A model generated the notes under the pieces. The model was not told where the DNA came from. It saw nothing but the letters and a program-made list of their open reading frames with translations, and searched no databases. This document shows positions 63,572 to 64,000 of a stretch of 64,000 nucleotides of DNA, in pieces. The stretch comes from an uncultured delta proteobacterium (GTDB lineage Bacteria > Myxococcota_A > Polyangia > Palsa-1104), in assembly GCA_963785725.1 (NCBI GenBank), contig CAWAWS010000033.1, positions 96,001 through 160,000 of the forward strand, given 5' to 3'. Both the position numbers and the translations under genes were made by a program. How positions within the stretch are numbered: the first letter of the stretch is position 1; the number at the start of each line of letters is the position of its first letter.

Positions 63572-64000
63572 TCAATCGGCCAGCACGATGACGTTCTCGT
63601 CCCACGACGTCACCACCAGCTCGCCGGCGGTCAGGATGGCGAGACCGCGCGGCGTGTTGAGCCCGGCCGGCGCCGGGCCCGCGAGCACGCCGACGACGTT
63701 GGGCACGCCGAGCACGGTGCTCATCTCCTGCGTCGCCGGATCGTAGACGCGCACGACCTGGTTGAACTCGTCGGCGAGCAGGATCTGCTGCGCGGGCGTC
63801 CAGATGATGTGGAACGGCGTCGCCATTTGCGCCGTCGCCGCCGCGCCGTCGACGTAGCCGGGCTGCCCCATGGTGTTGACGATCGTCGTCACGCTGCCGT
63901 CGCTCAAGCTGACTTTGCGCAGCGCGCTGTTGCCGGAGTCGCCGACGTAGAGGAAGCCGCTCGCGTCGTAGAGGATGCCGCCGGGGCTGGAAAAGCGCGC
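63572..64000 (-). CDS. NHL-repeat protein, C-terminal part (partial)
   Basis: ARFSSPGGI...LYVGDSGNSALRK, GQPGYVDG, LNTPRGLA; runs off the window end. Confidence 0.82.
   Translation of the reverse strand, partial: ARFSSPGGILYDASGFLYVGDSGNSALRKVSLSDGSVTTIVNTMGQPGYVDGAAATAQMATPFHIIWTPAQQILLADEFNQVVRVYDPATQEMSTVLGVPNVVGVLAGPAPAGLNTPRGLAILTAGELVVTSWDENVIVLAD

Overview
A very GC-rich, gene-dense 64 kb chromosomal window that looks myxobacterial (Myxococcota/Polyangia-like; inferred from six Hanks-type Ser/Thr kinases, many lipoproteins, and PEGA/TPR and VWA proteins). I see no rRNA, tRNA, CRISPR array, transposase or prophage gene. The most notable locus is a co-oriented minus-strand block at 1.35-12.6 kb: Ser/Thr kinase-P-loop NTPase-helical repeat sensor > lipoxygenase > L-gulonolactone/arabinonolactone oxidase-like flavoprotein > small Cys-rich ORF > second paralogous kinase-NTPase. 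This is a candidate kinase-controlled oxylipin or lipid-peroxidation system. Other content: a di-haem c/beta-propeller lipoprotein, a candidate nucleoid protein, an L,D-transpeptidase, MepA and M23 peptidases, a desaturase-MerR unit with a readable promoter and operator, a PilT-like ATPase with a duplicated N-domain, an ECF sigma/anti-sigma pair, a class III cyclase, a GH16 hydrolase, and several structured intergenic elements. Four genes carry frameshifts, most likely sequencing or assembly indels. All family calls come from motif recognition by eye, not database searches.
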